Source: Azolla caroliniana (taxonomy: Eukaryota; Plantae; Polypodiophyta). From it: a DNA stretch of 64,000 nucleotides. Position 1 is the first letter of the stretch; the number at the start of each line of letters is the position of its first letter. The stretch covers positions 2,542,001 to 2,606,000 of the forward strand of contig JBHGNT010000001.1 in NCBI GenBank assembly GCA_043228905.1. Reading direction: 5' to 3'. The translations under genes and the position numbers were made by a program. This document shows positions 49,977 through 61,679 of this stretch, in pieces. The notes beneath the pieces were generated by a model that searched no databases, was not told where the DNA came from, and worked only from the letters and a program-made list of their open reading frames with translations.

Positions 49977-52900
49977 ATGGCTATGGCCCGAGCTCGGGAG
50001 AAGAATATATTCCTTCTCATTAAACTTTCTTTTCCCTCCCGTAAGTCATAGGCTCAAAAGAATCAATGTTTTATTTCTAAATGTATCGTCTCATTTCTTT
50101 CTCTTTCAAACTAATGGAATCCTTTTTGTCCTCCTCTCCACATCTTCTTTCCCGTTTCCATTAAATTTACGAAGGAGGCTATGCTCGCCTTTCCTCCGCA
50201 AAGGTTGAAGGTACCAAACAGAAGAAACCTAAAACTACTGCTCCCAACATCGCTGAAAGGTGCAAGGTCTCTCAGAACTAAACCCTAATGTTTTCAGCGG
50301 ATTTTTTTTTTCATTTTGAAATGGAGAAAAAGAAAATGATTTGAAGTATTGAAATGGAAATGATTTTTTTTTTTGTTTAAATGAACAATGATCTTTCATG
50401 TAGAAATTGGAGAAAAAGAAGAAAAATGATCTTTTGTATTATAATGAAAGAAAAATATAGAATTTGAAATATCTGTAATGTGTTGATCGTGGGCAAAACA
50501 ATATGAAGCAAAAAGTTATGAAGCGTTTATTGTTTTGCAGAGCTTGCTAGCTTTAAACTGGAGAGGACAGCTCACTACTATCAAACCTAGATTGGTTGAT
50601 AGAGAAGAAGAGAAGTAAGTAATTTTACGACAAATAATATATGGATATTTCTTCGTGGATTCATATTGCACCAAATCTTATCATTACGAGAATTCTCTTG
50701 TAGAGTCATGGCACATTATGTGATACTTAAAAAGGTAGTGCTGAAAATACTTTATAAAAGATGCCAAAATGGTTATCTCAGCATTTGTCAGAACTATTAG
50801 TCCAGAGATGGTCTGGAAATTAAGGCACAATTATGGCATGTAAACTTACATTGGAAAAATAGACAAATGTAAGGCTGTCATTACTATCTTATCTATTTTA
50901 TTTGATGCAGAAAAGCCGGAAGAACCCTAGGAGAATATACAAATTACACAATGTTGGATGGGGAGCCTGTAATTTGGGTGCCAGAAAGTAGTCAACATTG
51001 CCCGGTATGGTGTAGTCGTTACTGTTTTAACGTCGCAGTAGCAGTAGTTTTTGTCTCTGACAAATTGCATGGATGGAAGCTTGACATCAAAAGGAACTCA
51101 TATATACAATTAACTAAGGTTGTAATTATGATTGTAACCATGTAGACAGATTCTCCGTTATAGAAATAAGGTATACCATGATCGTGAATCATACCTTCTT
51201 CTGTAGCATAGTGTTGATAAAGGCTTAACTTATACAACCAAGAAATCATATGTCTATATTTGTAGAAACAGTTATCCAGAAAGGCTGTCTGGCTACACTT
51301 TCCATTAATGCTTGCAAAAACTTTCCTCCCAGATTTTTACATTAAGTGTGAAATATCTGTTACCTTTGGAAATGTTTCTATTGTGCTAACAAGGTTAAGC
51401 CTCCAATAATAAGTCAAATTTTATTTATGGTTTTCCTGTTATATATTCACAAACCTTCAGTATAATGGGACATAGCTTATTTTCTATCTTTTTAAAGATG
51501 TCTGGCCATGAGATCCCAAATGGAAAATGCTATGCAAAATTAGATGGATTCTTTGTAGATATGATGGATTATCAAATTGATCAAATCTTTTGATGTGAAT
51601 GTTATGCAGAATTTGCTGCTGAATAATCGTGCATCCTTAATAGTTGGCCACACTGACCCTCCTCCTTTGATGAAAGCATTTCAACAAGTTAGCAAAGTAA
51701 GCATATATTATTTGGTTTTTATATTTGTAATTTGTCCTTATTACATCTCATAATGTCTCATTTATGAGCCTACATGAACTCTTTGATATTTTTAAAGGGA
51801 TTGGATGACATAGGTTTTCTTAGGATATGCATGATGAAATTTAATATCATGAAGTTTGTGCGCTGGTATATCCAGAGATAAAGATTGCGCTCTTCGTTTT
51901 AATGTTTCGGCATGGCTTTTTTCCTCTGTAATTCATATATCTCCGCTGTCTTTCATAATCTCTTATTTAGGGGGGACTATCTCCTTCTTATATTCAGAAG
52001 GCCGAACTCTTATATATGAATGCAACCACATACACATGATTTTGACTGTATAGTGTTTATTGCATACTGAAATGATCAACACACATGAAGAGTTATGATG
52101 TCTCATCTGATTTCATTAGTGCCTTCTTTTTGTCTTTCATTTATAAGGTAAGTTCTTGTATTGATGTGATGGATTAAAGTTTTCGTTTTGTGTATGTGCA
52201 TACACATCAACACACATGAAGAGTTATGATGTCTCATCTGATTTCATTAATGCCTTCTATTTTTGCCTTCTTTCTGTCTTTCATTTATAAGGTAAGTTCT
52301 TGTATCGATGTGATGGATTAAGGTTTTCGTTTTGTGTGTGCGTGTGCGTGTGCGTGTGTGCATACTCATGAACTGGAAAGAGAGATGTTTAGTTCTTTCC
52401 GATTGTAAAGATTCCTGCTATGATGGAGACATATACATGTCACAAAATGAAGCATATAAAAATGCACTTCATATATTGTATATTTTTTTTGTGCTGTCAA
52501 ACAATTTGCCTCATAATGTATTAATAATTATAGTGGGCTGGAAGACGTGGATACAAAACATTAGTGCATGTCAATAGATTGCAGATTATGGAGAAATATT
52601 AGGGGGAGTAGTAGTCGTCCTTGCAGGAGATTTGGTACAGATCTTATCGTATGCGGATGACATGATACTCATTTCATCTTCACAGTAAAGACTTGAAGAC
52701 TTTGCATGTAGAGACCTGAAGACCTCATTTCACACTCACAATGAAGAACTGACACAAGCATGGTTTACTGGACAAAAGCATCAATTCACATTTGATGAAT
52801 ATCTGGTAGAGTATGCAAAACTATACATACACCTAAGAATCGGTTTTAAGAGGCCTCAATTCTCCATAAGTGAGATAGCAGAGCCCTTTTGCAGCATTCA

Positions 52901-55064
52901 ATATACTTGTTTTTCATTGGAAAACAATTTGCTGACATTCATTTTCTGCAAGCATGGACAAAGTTATGTCTCTTTAATATACTTGTTACTCCATAGGAAA
53001 CCAATTTGCTCACATACATTTCCAGGAACCAATGACCATGCTATTTCTCCTCTATGTGGTGTAGCTATGGAAACCCAGCTTGTACATACAAGAAACTTTT
53101 GAGAAGCGATGGAATACACTGTCATTGATTTCTGCATTGCCACAGTGTCCAGCCAGAACTCAACACACTGTAAAACACGCCTTAGAGGAGTTACCCTCAA
53201 AGCCCTGATCCGTGGACTCACTATCTTAAAAAGATAAAAGCACGTTATAGGAGTCATAGGCCTCGCTAACCCTTTTTATCCAAATACCCACTGAGGACAC
53301 ACCTCAATTTCTATGAGATTACTTGTCATATTTATGATGGGGCATAATTAGGTCAGTTTTATACATTTGTAAAAACGATGTGGTCTCATAGGTAATTTTG
53401 GCCTTCTGTTTCTTTCTTCTTTCTTCTTTCCTCCAGATTATGGATTAAAGTTTTATAGTCGTGTTCTTATTGTGTTTTTTCATATTTTAATCCAGGTTCC
53501 TCCTCATGCTGTAGTTGTCGGTACCCTCATTGTGCCAGAGGATGGTGATGATGTGAGTTACAACTTGTTTTTGTTTTGCCTTCTAATGCGTTTCTTCTGA
53601 AACTTTGCAATAATAATGAACATCAGTCACTTTCTAGATAATGTATTTTTTTCAAGTATTTAATAACTGTAGACCAACTTAACTATACATGAACATGAAT
53701 TAATTTTTCATTGTGCATCTTTAAAAATAAAGATTAGGTAGTGTAAGATTGCGCTGTGATGTGCTCTTCTTCCTCCCATTCATTCATAAAGATCTATGTC
53801 TTCGAATATTATGAAAAGTTACTTGATCAGGTCGACAGTTAATCATCTACAAATCATGAATTAGTGTATAGAATGAGTTACAAGAGCTGACCATTACAAC
53901 AAGAGATGTGATTTCATTACAATGTTATGTGGAAGCGTAGGCTGAATGACATCTTTTCGGTTCTCTATATGAAATCCATGGTTCAACTGTGTGAAAGGTC
54001 ACTTAATTTCATTATTTTTTGTATAATCGTGTTAGCAGATGAATCCACATCAGCTAATTACTCAAAGGAGTGATTTGACATTTCTATCCATGTGAAATTT
54101 CAGATGGTTACTTCTCAATTCATGAAAATGGCCATAACAAAGCAGATATCAGAATTAAAGGAAGCTGTGAATAAGTCAAGTGCTTCTATAAGGGCAATTA
54201 TAGAATCTGGGAGTCATGTTTTGCGAACACATGTGCAATGCCTTACTTCAATGATGAACTCCAAAGAGGATGATATGTTTTACCGATTTGACGCTAGGTG
54301 AATCTAGGACATGGCAAATTGTGATAGTGTACCACAGAAAACTCAGTTTTATGTCGTGAAATGTTTTTGATATAATTTTGTCATACATGACATTGGTTGT
54401 AGTTCTTGTACATATGTTGATATTTCGGGGACAAAGCATTTGGTGGACCTGGAAGCTTCAAAGATAGCTAAGCATCCTCTTTGTATGTAAATTTATAGCT
54501 TTGGGATTTTGTTATATGTTTCTTCTTTAAATGATCATTCTACTCATGTGTGATCCTCATTTTCAAATTGAAGCATCACTATTGCCTGTTGTCATGGAGG
54601 GAATCAATCGAAACTATAACAGACGACTAGGCTTGAAACTATTATGTGCGTGGTTTTTGCGTATTAAAGTTCAGGTAATCATTTAATTAATCTGGAATAG
54701 TGTATTTAAATGTATCTCTTTGTTGATCGCTATTAAGCATTATACTTGGCNNNNNNNNNNNNNNNNNNNNNNNNNNNNNNNNNNNNNNNNNNNNNNNNNN
54801 NNNNNNNNNNNNNNNNNNNNNNNNNNNNNNNNNNNNNNNNNNNNNNNNNNAAAACTATAACAGACGACTAGGCTTGAAACTATTATGTGCGTGGTTTTTG
54901 CGTATTAAAGTTCAGGTAATCATTTAATTAATCTGGAATAGTGTATTTAAATGTATCTCTTTGTTGATCGCTATTAAGCATTATACTTGGCTGAGGTATT
55001 ATTCTCTGGAAGTAACTCAGTTAAGCAGATTAGAGTATTTGTGCTGGTGCTGGTGTCAAGATAT

Positions 55065-55158
<94 letters not shown>

Positions 55159-56227
55159 AATTGAGAAGAGAAGGAGGCTCTTGATTTGGGTTATTCCTTT
55201 CTATAACCAGAGATATTAGCTAGGAAGCCTTATCCAAATGGAGATGAATATCTAGTTTCCTTCTAGAAAGATAAGTGCAATATCTAGTACTTTCAAATGC
55301 TAGTATGTTCAGTAGCTCGATAGGAAGTTCCAAACATGTACGAGAGAAGAGCTAGGGAGAACTACTTACTGTCTGTACAGCTCCTGAAGCTATGTCAATA
55401 TTATTGGCTATACTGCATCAACACTGAGGGCCAACACCCTAACAATGTGTATATCCTGGCTATTTATGGTGGATGACTAGGGCAGAATTAACGGCATGGG
55501 GTTGGGAGGTTACAACCCCTTCAACTAATAGCCTAGAAAATGTAGGGCAACTCTATTTCGGTGCAAGTCATGCTGAATCTCTATGATTGGGTGTTGGGTC
55601 TATGTTCAGTGGTCTTACACAATGGGTATGGCATTTATATCAAATTGAAATGGGGATTATATAGCAGTAAACCAAATAATAGCAAAGCTTATGGTTGTGG
55701 CTCAAATCTAAAGCTATAGGTCTAAAATGTTTTTTACAATATTCTTCCAAACAAATGTCAATGATAAGGCTTATGGTTTATTATGTTACATCATTCTCCC
55801 AAACAAATGGCGTTGCATTCCAGTTTAAACAGTTGCATTGTTACCAATTCAAAACATTGGTGTTATTAGTGGGCATAAAGAAGAATGCTTTAGAACTGAA
55901 ATTCCAACTTATGGATTAACCATTTCCTTCTTCTTTTCTGTTATGCAGGACGTTTTCCTTTTTGCTGCAGATAGAAGGGGTGTAAGTCTCCTTGCCAAAG
56001 TCACAAGCAGCCAAGGGGATGATGTAACCTCCAAACTCAGGAAGAAAGGAATCTCTCCTCCGGAATGGGAATTTAAAGAACTTCGGTTATCATTCAAGGA
56101 AGAGGTTGAGGATCTGAATGGATTCTGTAGCATGTTAGGGGATATGGAGAAAGAGTCTCTGATTGCTCTTAATCAGGCAAAGGCCAAAGCATATCCTATT
56201 GATGAAGATGAGCTTGCTGAAGCTTGA
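49977..56227 (+). CDS. Conserved plant protein with an FMN-binding split-barrel (PNPOx-like) fold and a probable mitochondrial presequence, about 373 aa
   Basis: Phase-consistent exons 49977-50040, 50175-50266, 50541-50614, 50911-51004, 51610-51696, 53496-53552, 54104-54297, 54403-54482, 54574-54674, 55949-56227. Motifs [55 protein letters not shown] and [20 protein letters not shown] match a recalled uncharacterised plant family (LAEKCK..LASNWQG..NTIK; DGIN..E.RRRAL; WREFRF.F.EEV.DVE.FC). The N-terminus is Arg/Ser-rich (…[10 protein letters not shown]). Confidence 0.8.
52075..52335. repeat. Direct duplication of about 130-145 bp inside an intron of the split-barrel gene
   Basis: 'atcaacacacatgaagagttatgatgtctcatctgatttcatta...gtctttcatttataaggtaagttcttgtat(t/c)gatgtgatggattaa' occurs at about 52075 and about 52206. 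Confidence 0.9.
54751..54850. other. Assembly gap (100 N) with overlapping flanks
   Basis: About 54611-54750 is repeated exactly at about 54852-54991. Confidence 0.95.
55061..55156. repeat. (TACA)n-(TA)n compound microsatellite
   Basis: Seen directly in the sequence. Confidence 0.95.
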
Positions 56228-58481
56228 TTTCATCAAAAATATGTCGAACACCCAAGTGAAAGCATTGGCCATGTTAGAGTATCATTTCATCTATTGATCT
56301 TCTCATCAAGCTAAAGTATCGACAACGTGGAAACAAGTTTATGCAAATATTCATCAGAGTATGTATATGAGTGACTTATATAATGTTATCTAAATTGATA
56401 TAAAGTGGCAATCTATGAAATGGAAAGCGGTGTTGGTTTCAGCAAAGTATTTGTTAAAACAGCTTAAAACTTTTTATTTTTGTAGTCTTGGTGGTTTAGT
56501 GAAAGATGTGAAAATTTTGGTGCATTGGCATAATCCAATTATGTACACGTGATTATGCTATGATTTTATGATGTACATTCACAATATTTGTGGCTCACGA
56601 ACCTTGAATGATTGTCAATTATGGACAGTGTTCACAGCATCATGATTTTCTAATTGGTGAAAGGATTGAGCAAGATTATGTAAGTTTGTAAGTTGTTTGC
56701 AATCAATCTCTTAACACATTAGTATAAAAAGCATATTCTCTTGAAGGAATGCTGTATGTCTTTAATGACAGTGCCTGCCTTTTTGTAAGCTTGGTTTTGA
56801 ATCAAGAGGTCAGTCTGAAATTTAGGAAGGGTTTTTTTAATCCATAGTGTACATATGGCATCTATGCTCATAATTCAACTAATTCATGACAGAATTTCTC
56901 TCCTCTTCTCTTCATAAAAAAATGTTTATATATGAGATGTGAAAGATGTAGAGACCAGCCAAATTTTAATTAGATGTGGGCCAACAATTTATTGCTTATT
57001 ATACAGCAAAACGACATGATTTGAGAGTATAACATTTATTGTCTGTACAAATTTGCATTATGCACTTTTGGATCTTTTCTTTGTTCATTAATTTGAATAG
57101 TCATTATCCATCCTTTCTGATTTATCACACTATACTCTAGAATTTCCAATGGAAGCACACTTTTCAAAAGCCTTGCCATCAAATAAATTTTCTTAGGATT
57201 GATAGTATGTGTCGCTAATCTAGTCTAGGTTTTGAAAGTTGTCAGCCATAGGTGTGTCTTATTACAATTTGATATAAGAGTGGAAATTAACATGTTCACA
57301 CGTGATGAATGATATGGGATAAGTGAACAAGGTATGTGTGAACAAGAGTAGAAAGTTAATGGTTGTAGAAAGAGATGAAAAATGTGAGAAGGCTTTATTT
57401 ACATGTGATTGGTTGGGCACAAGCCAAATGTCAACTTCGTGAATGTTAGAACATGTCCACCTTCAAACATTTTTTCCTAGCAACAATGCAATAAGAAAAT
57501 AATGGAAGTGTTGAGAAGCAAAGAATGCTTAGAAAATAAGTAGGTCCAACGTTTGATTCTTGAAGACCCAAGGTATTGTCCCTACCCTTACTAGCAACCA
57601 TGTCCTTGACAATACAATGTGCATTTGATAATTTGATTACCCTACTTCATTGTAATTTTATTAGAGTGAAAATGCCTTATTGATTCCTTTCTTCATCAAT
57701 GCCCAATGAACCCACCTAGAAGCCTCCCATCTATGTTGTTGTAACAAAATGAATGATGTTATTGTTTCCTCCATAAGGGAACTCCGAGTAGTATTATTGC
57801 TGGTCAGAGCAACTTCAGCCATGATAACGAAAGCAAGTTCAAAGGTCTTGCTTTTTCCTTCAAGATTTTATTCGAAGCGCAAAGATTTTGTTCGTGATTT
57901 TGCAGGAGGGAGTATATATTGTAGGCTTGGTTTCAAACAACAATGCGAGACATGAAACAAACCACACATCTAGGCAAAGCAAACTGCCTACTGAACCGAG
58001 GGGGTGAGCCATGATTGAGCGAAACCGCGTTCTCATGACAGGACATTGGTGCAAAGGTGCCATGGGGCCATCGTGATAATCCTCAAAAGTCCGAGGGCCA
58101 TAATGGTAGCCTGCGATGGGTATAACTTATAAGGTAATTTATGCATGCATATATGCGGCCAAATTAAGAGAGCAAAGAGGATTGGGCGTAGAAACTTTAG
58201 GAGCCTTTTTCTCGCAAAAGCGGATTGAAATTTAATTGATATATTATAAATTTATATGTATTTTATCCTTGTGTGAGCGTGTTCTCTTTTTGCATGCGCT
58301 TCTTCTTCTTCTCTCTCTCTCTCTCTCTCTCTCTCTAATTTTGGAGCTGCCTTCTCGGTCCTTTTTGGGTTAAAAAGAAAAAAGCAGAGCAGAGCAGTTC
58401 ACTCCAAACACTTCTTCTTCTTCTACTACTATTACTATTCTATTTTATCCCCCTTCCTATTAATCCATTAATAATAAATCA

Positions 58482-58667
58482 CAAGATAAACCGAGGTGAG
58501 AATTGGATTATCTTTTTTTGCTTTTATGATTTATTATGTAAATAAATAAATAAATAAATATATATATATATATCTAAAACCAAGATAAAGCGGACAAAGA
58601 ATTGGATTTTCTTTTTTTGCTTTTATGATTTATTATCTAAATAAATAAGTAAATAAATAAATATATA
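58482..58667. repeat. Tandem duplication of about 99 bp in the PLATZ promoter region, flanked by (CT)n tracts
   Basis: 'caagataaa...agaattggatt.tctttttttgcttttatgatttattat.taaataaataa' at 58482 and 58581; (CT)n at about 58310-58336 and about 58685-58716. Confidence 0.85.
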
Positions 58668-58681
58668 ACCACAGTACCCCC

Positions 58682-58720
<39 letters not shown>

Positions 58721-58977
58721 CCCAAACAAAAGCCTGCGCAGGTAAAAAAAAAAAACAAAAACCCTAAAATTTACACCCCACCTCCTCTTTAATCTTCTTC
58801 TGATTCATGCTTCATCCTTCGCTTCTTCTCCCCCTCTTTCTAATCCTTCGTCCTTGCAGTCTTTCTCCTGCTTCCTCTAATTTTATTTAATGCCTATGCA
58901 TTACCTGATTAATTTGTCAATCCTTCAATTTCGTCTAAATTATCATCATCATCTTCTTCTTCTTCATCTTCTAAATA

Positions 58978-61679
58978 ATGGCTCCTCTGCCCGCTAATTC
59001 GGTTGAGATGTGCAGGCACGTCATCTTCAAACCCTACCTAACTTTGTATATAATTTCATTCTGATTGATATTCATCTCCCTGAACTAAAAAAGCCGTCCT
59101 TCATGATGCAGGAATTAGGTATGGCAGCTGATTATTCCCTTCATCTCTGTCTTGGCCCTATTGATCCTCCTGCACCATCCCCTGCCATCACAGATAAGAA
59201 TATATTGATCAGGTCTTCAAAGAGTAGAGAAGACGAGAACCCTAACCCTGATAATCTGCTCCTTCCCCACCACCTTCACCATGTCCATGCAGCTCTTCTT
59301 CATCAGTCTCCGGCAATTGCCATGAGCTATGCAGGAGGCAGCCGCGGTAGCAGCTTTAATGGGGTATTAGGCAGCTATGGCGATAATATTGGATGTGACC
59401 AAGAAACCAATCATCCTTGGATATCTGCTACCGCCACTCCTGCCGTTGTTAACCCTAATTTCGTCATACCTTCTTCTGCATTACTCCTTAATAGCGTCCC
59501 CATCGAACCTTCTTCTAGCCTTAACAGTCCACCCAAGGCTTCTGAGATCTCCAACTTCTCCATTAAAACTTCCACAGACCTTAATACTTCCGCCGGGACA
59601 GCTTCTGAGAACCCTGCAGATTCCGCTCTATTAGCGTATGCAAACCCTAACGTCGACATTAAGAGTTCTTCAAACGAAAATGCCGCCATTACAGCTTCTG
59701 GCAACCCTAAAGATGTCTCCAGTAAAGCTTCTGTAAGCCCTGACCATTTCTCCATGAAAGATTCTTCAAACGATAATTCCTTCATTACAATCATATCTGC
59801 AAATGCCAATCCTTCATGTGCAGCTTCGGAAAACCACATTTGCGCCGCCAACGTAAAAATATGTGCAAAACCTTTTCCTGCACGTACATCGTCTGAAAAC
59901 CATAATTCCTTCGTCAAAGTTTCATCTGCGAGCCCTAGTGCTTCCACTACCATTAATGCTTCTGCTACCACTTCGCCTTTGCCGAGTGATCTTTCAGCTA
60001 AAAGTGTGAAATTTGAGACATCTGGTAATAATACGTCTGTCACGAGAGTTTCGTCGCATTCTTCTTCTTGTTTTCCTTCAGGTTCAGCTATGGCGGAAGA
60101 TCGATCGTCTCGGTTAGGGCCTGTGTGGATCGCGTCGTTCGTGAACTGTCAGAGCTATTTCTCGAAGTGCCAAGTCCACGTCAATCAGAGCGAAGAGAAC
60201 CGGTTGGAGAAGAATCAGTTTTGCATAGACTGTGTGGGCGGCCCGATCTGTCCTCGTGGCCTGAAACGAGATCATGACGGCCATCGCACCCTCCAGGTCC
60301 GTAGAGCTTCCAAGTCAAACGCCATTAAGGCTACAGACATCCAAGAGCACGTCGATATTACAGGGATTCAGCAGTACACCATCAACAACGCAAAGATCGT
60401 CTTCCTGTGCAAACGGCCTTCTTCCACAGCCTCGGTCTCCAAGGATAGTCAAGCTCTCCATAGCCATAGCCATAGCCATAGCCATGACCATCCTCGCCAG
60501 CGGTCTTTCCAGGACTATATCCTTTCTAACCCTAACAGTAAGGCCTGTCATGCGCCTAAAGCTAGTTTTGATCAGGGTTCTAAAGCCTCCTGTCTTGCCT
60601 GTGGCAGAACCTTGCCTGATTCCATGAAGTTCTGCTCTCTTCAGTGTAAGCTTGAATCCATCGCGAAGAACATTGATGATCAGCATGTCAGATATAATAC
60701 TACATCCAACAGAGTCTCGTCTCTATCGTCTCTGTCTCTTTCTCTTCAACCTAGTTCTGCAAACCCATATTCTTCTTCATCTTCGGCAGCTGCATTCGAG
60801 TATGACAGATATGGTGCTTCTTCTTCATCTAACTGTACTCATTTTCAAAGCATCTATCCCAAGGAGATTTCCTGTGCAGCGGGTTCGATCGATGACATGA
60901 AACCTGCTCTATTTCCTCTTCGAAAAAGAAGACCATCTTCATGTCCACCTCCTCCACGATATATCAAGAACTCATCCTGCACCAATGATATCTCTGGTTC
61001 TGCTTGTAAATTGAATTGTCATATCCAGAAGCTTCGCGCCAGCGCTGCTGCTGTACATTCTCAGGTTAAATCTATTAGTCCTGATAAAGAAGAAGGAGAC
61101 GAAGAAGATGTCGATGGAAACGTGATGGTAAGATCAACTTCGTATTCTGCAGAGCCCGCCATGGGAGATAATCATGCCGTGGGGAGTAGGAAGAAGAAGA
61201 GGATCAATACTGTCAGGTCATTAGAAGCTCAGGTAATCAGTGGTCGCTGCTCTAATCCGCAGCATGATCTATCCTCAAGTAATTTATTAATGCAGACTAG
61301 TGTTGGTGTACCAAGATCTGATTGTGAGCTCCCTATGGAATCTCGAGCTAGGTTAAGGAAGAGCACAGCGAGGAGTAGCAGTAGTAATGCTCAGGAGATG
61401 AGAATGATGATTAACGCTAGCTCTGTTGCTGAGATTTCCATTAAAGCTGAACAATGTAAGGATTGTGTTTACTCTAATAAACATTCCTCGTCTCCTCCCG
61501 CCATCTCCATCTCCATTAAAGCTGCAACGACAGATGATCATCATGACTTCAGGACAGGATCGAATTCCACGGGTTATATTCCAGCAATATCTTCACAGTA
61601 CAGTAATTATATTCATCATCATGTGAAGAAACGTTTGCACAAGAGGAAAGGCTTTCCTCGCCGGTCTCCCTTCCAATGA
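58978..61679 (+). CDS. PLATZ zinc-finger transcription factor; unusually long (about 860 aa) and divergent
   Basis: The ORF contains PVW...YFSKCQVH...NQFCIDC...HDGHRTLQVRR...VDITGIQQYTINNAKIVFLCKRP, CLACGRTLPDSMKFCSLQCKL and the C-terminal HKRKGFPRRSPF, all PLATZ hallmarks. A short first exon 58978-59001 probably splices (phase 0) to 59112. Alternative starts are the in-frame ATGs at 59103, 59106 and 59121. Confidence 0.9.

Noticed and set aside
50114-50266. ATG at 50114 in frame with the split-barrel gene but interrupted by TAA at 50162 (possible pseudogene or stop-codon editing)
   Set aside because: A strong donor at 50041 (gtaagt) and an acceptor at 50174 give a clean phase-1 splice from ATG 49977, which places the TAA in an intron.
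54611-54991. Apparent duplicated exon end and donor of the split-barrel gene on both sides of the N gap
   Set aside because: The two 140-bp copies are identical and abut a 100-N placeholder. This is the signature of an unmerged contig overlap, not a biological duplication.
55054-55444. Possible solo LTR (TG...CA) around the TA microsatellite
   Set aside because: I found no matching 4-6 bp TSD, PBS or PPT.
59411-60686. Long antisense ORFs (210 aa and 123 aa) opposite PLATZ
   Set aside because: These are shadow frames of a Ser-rich coding exon with no recognisable motifs.
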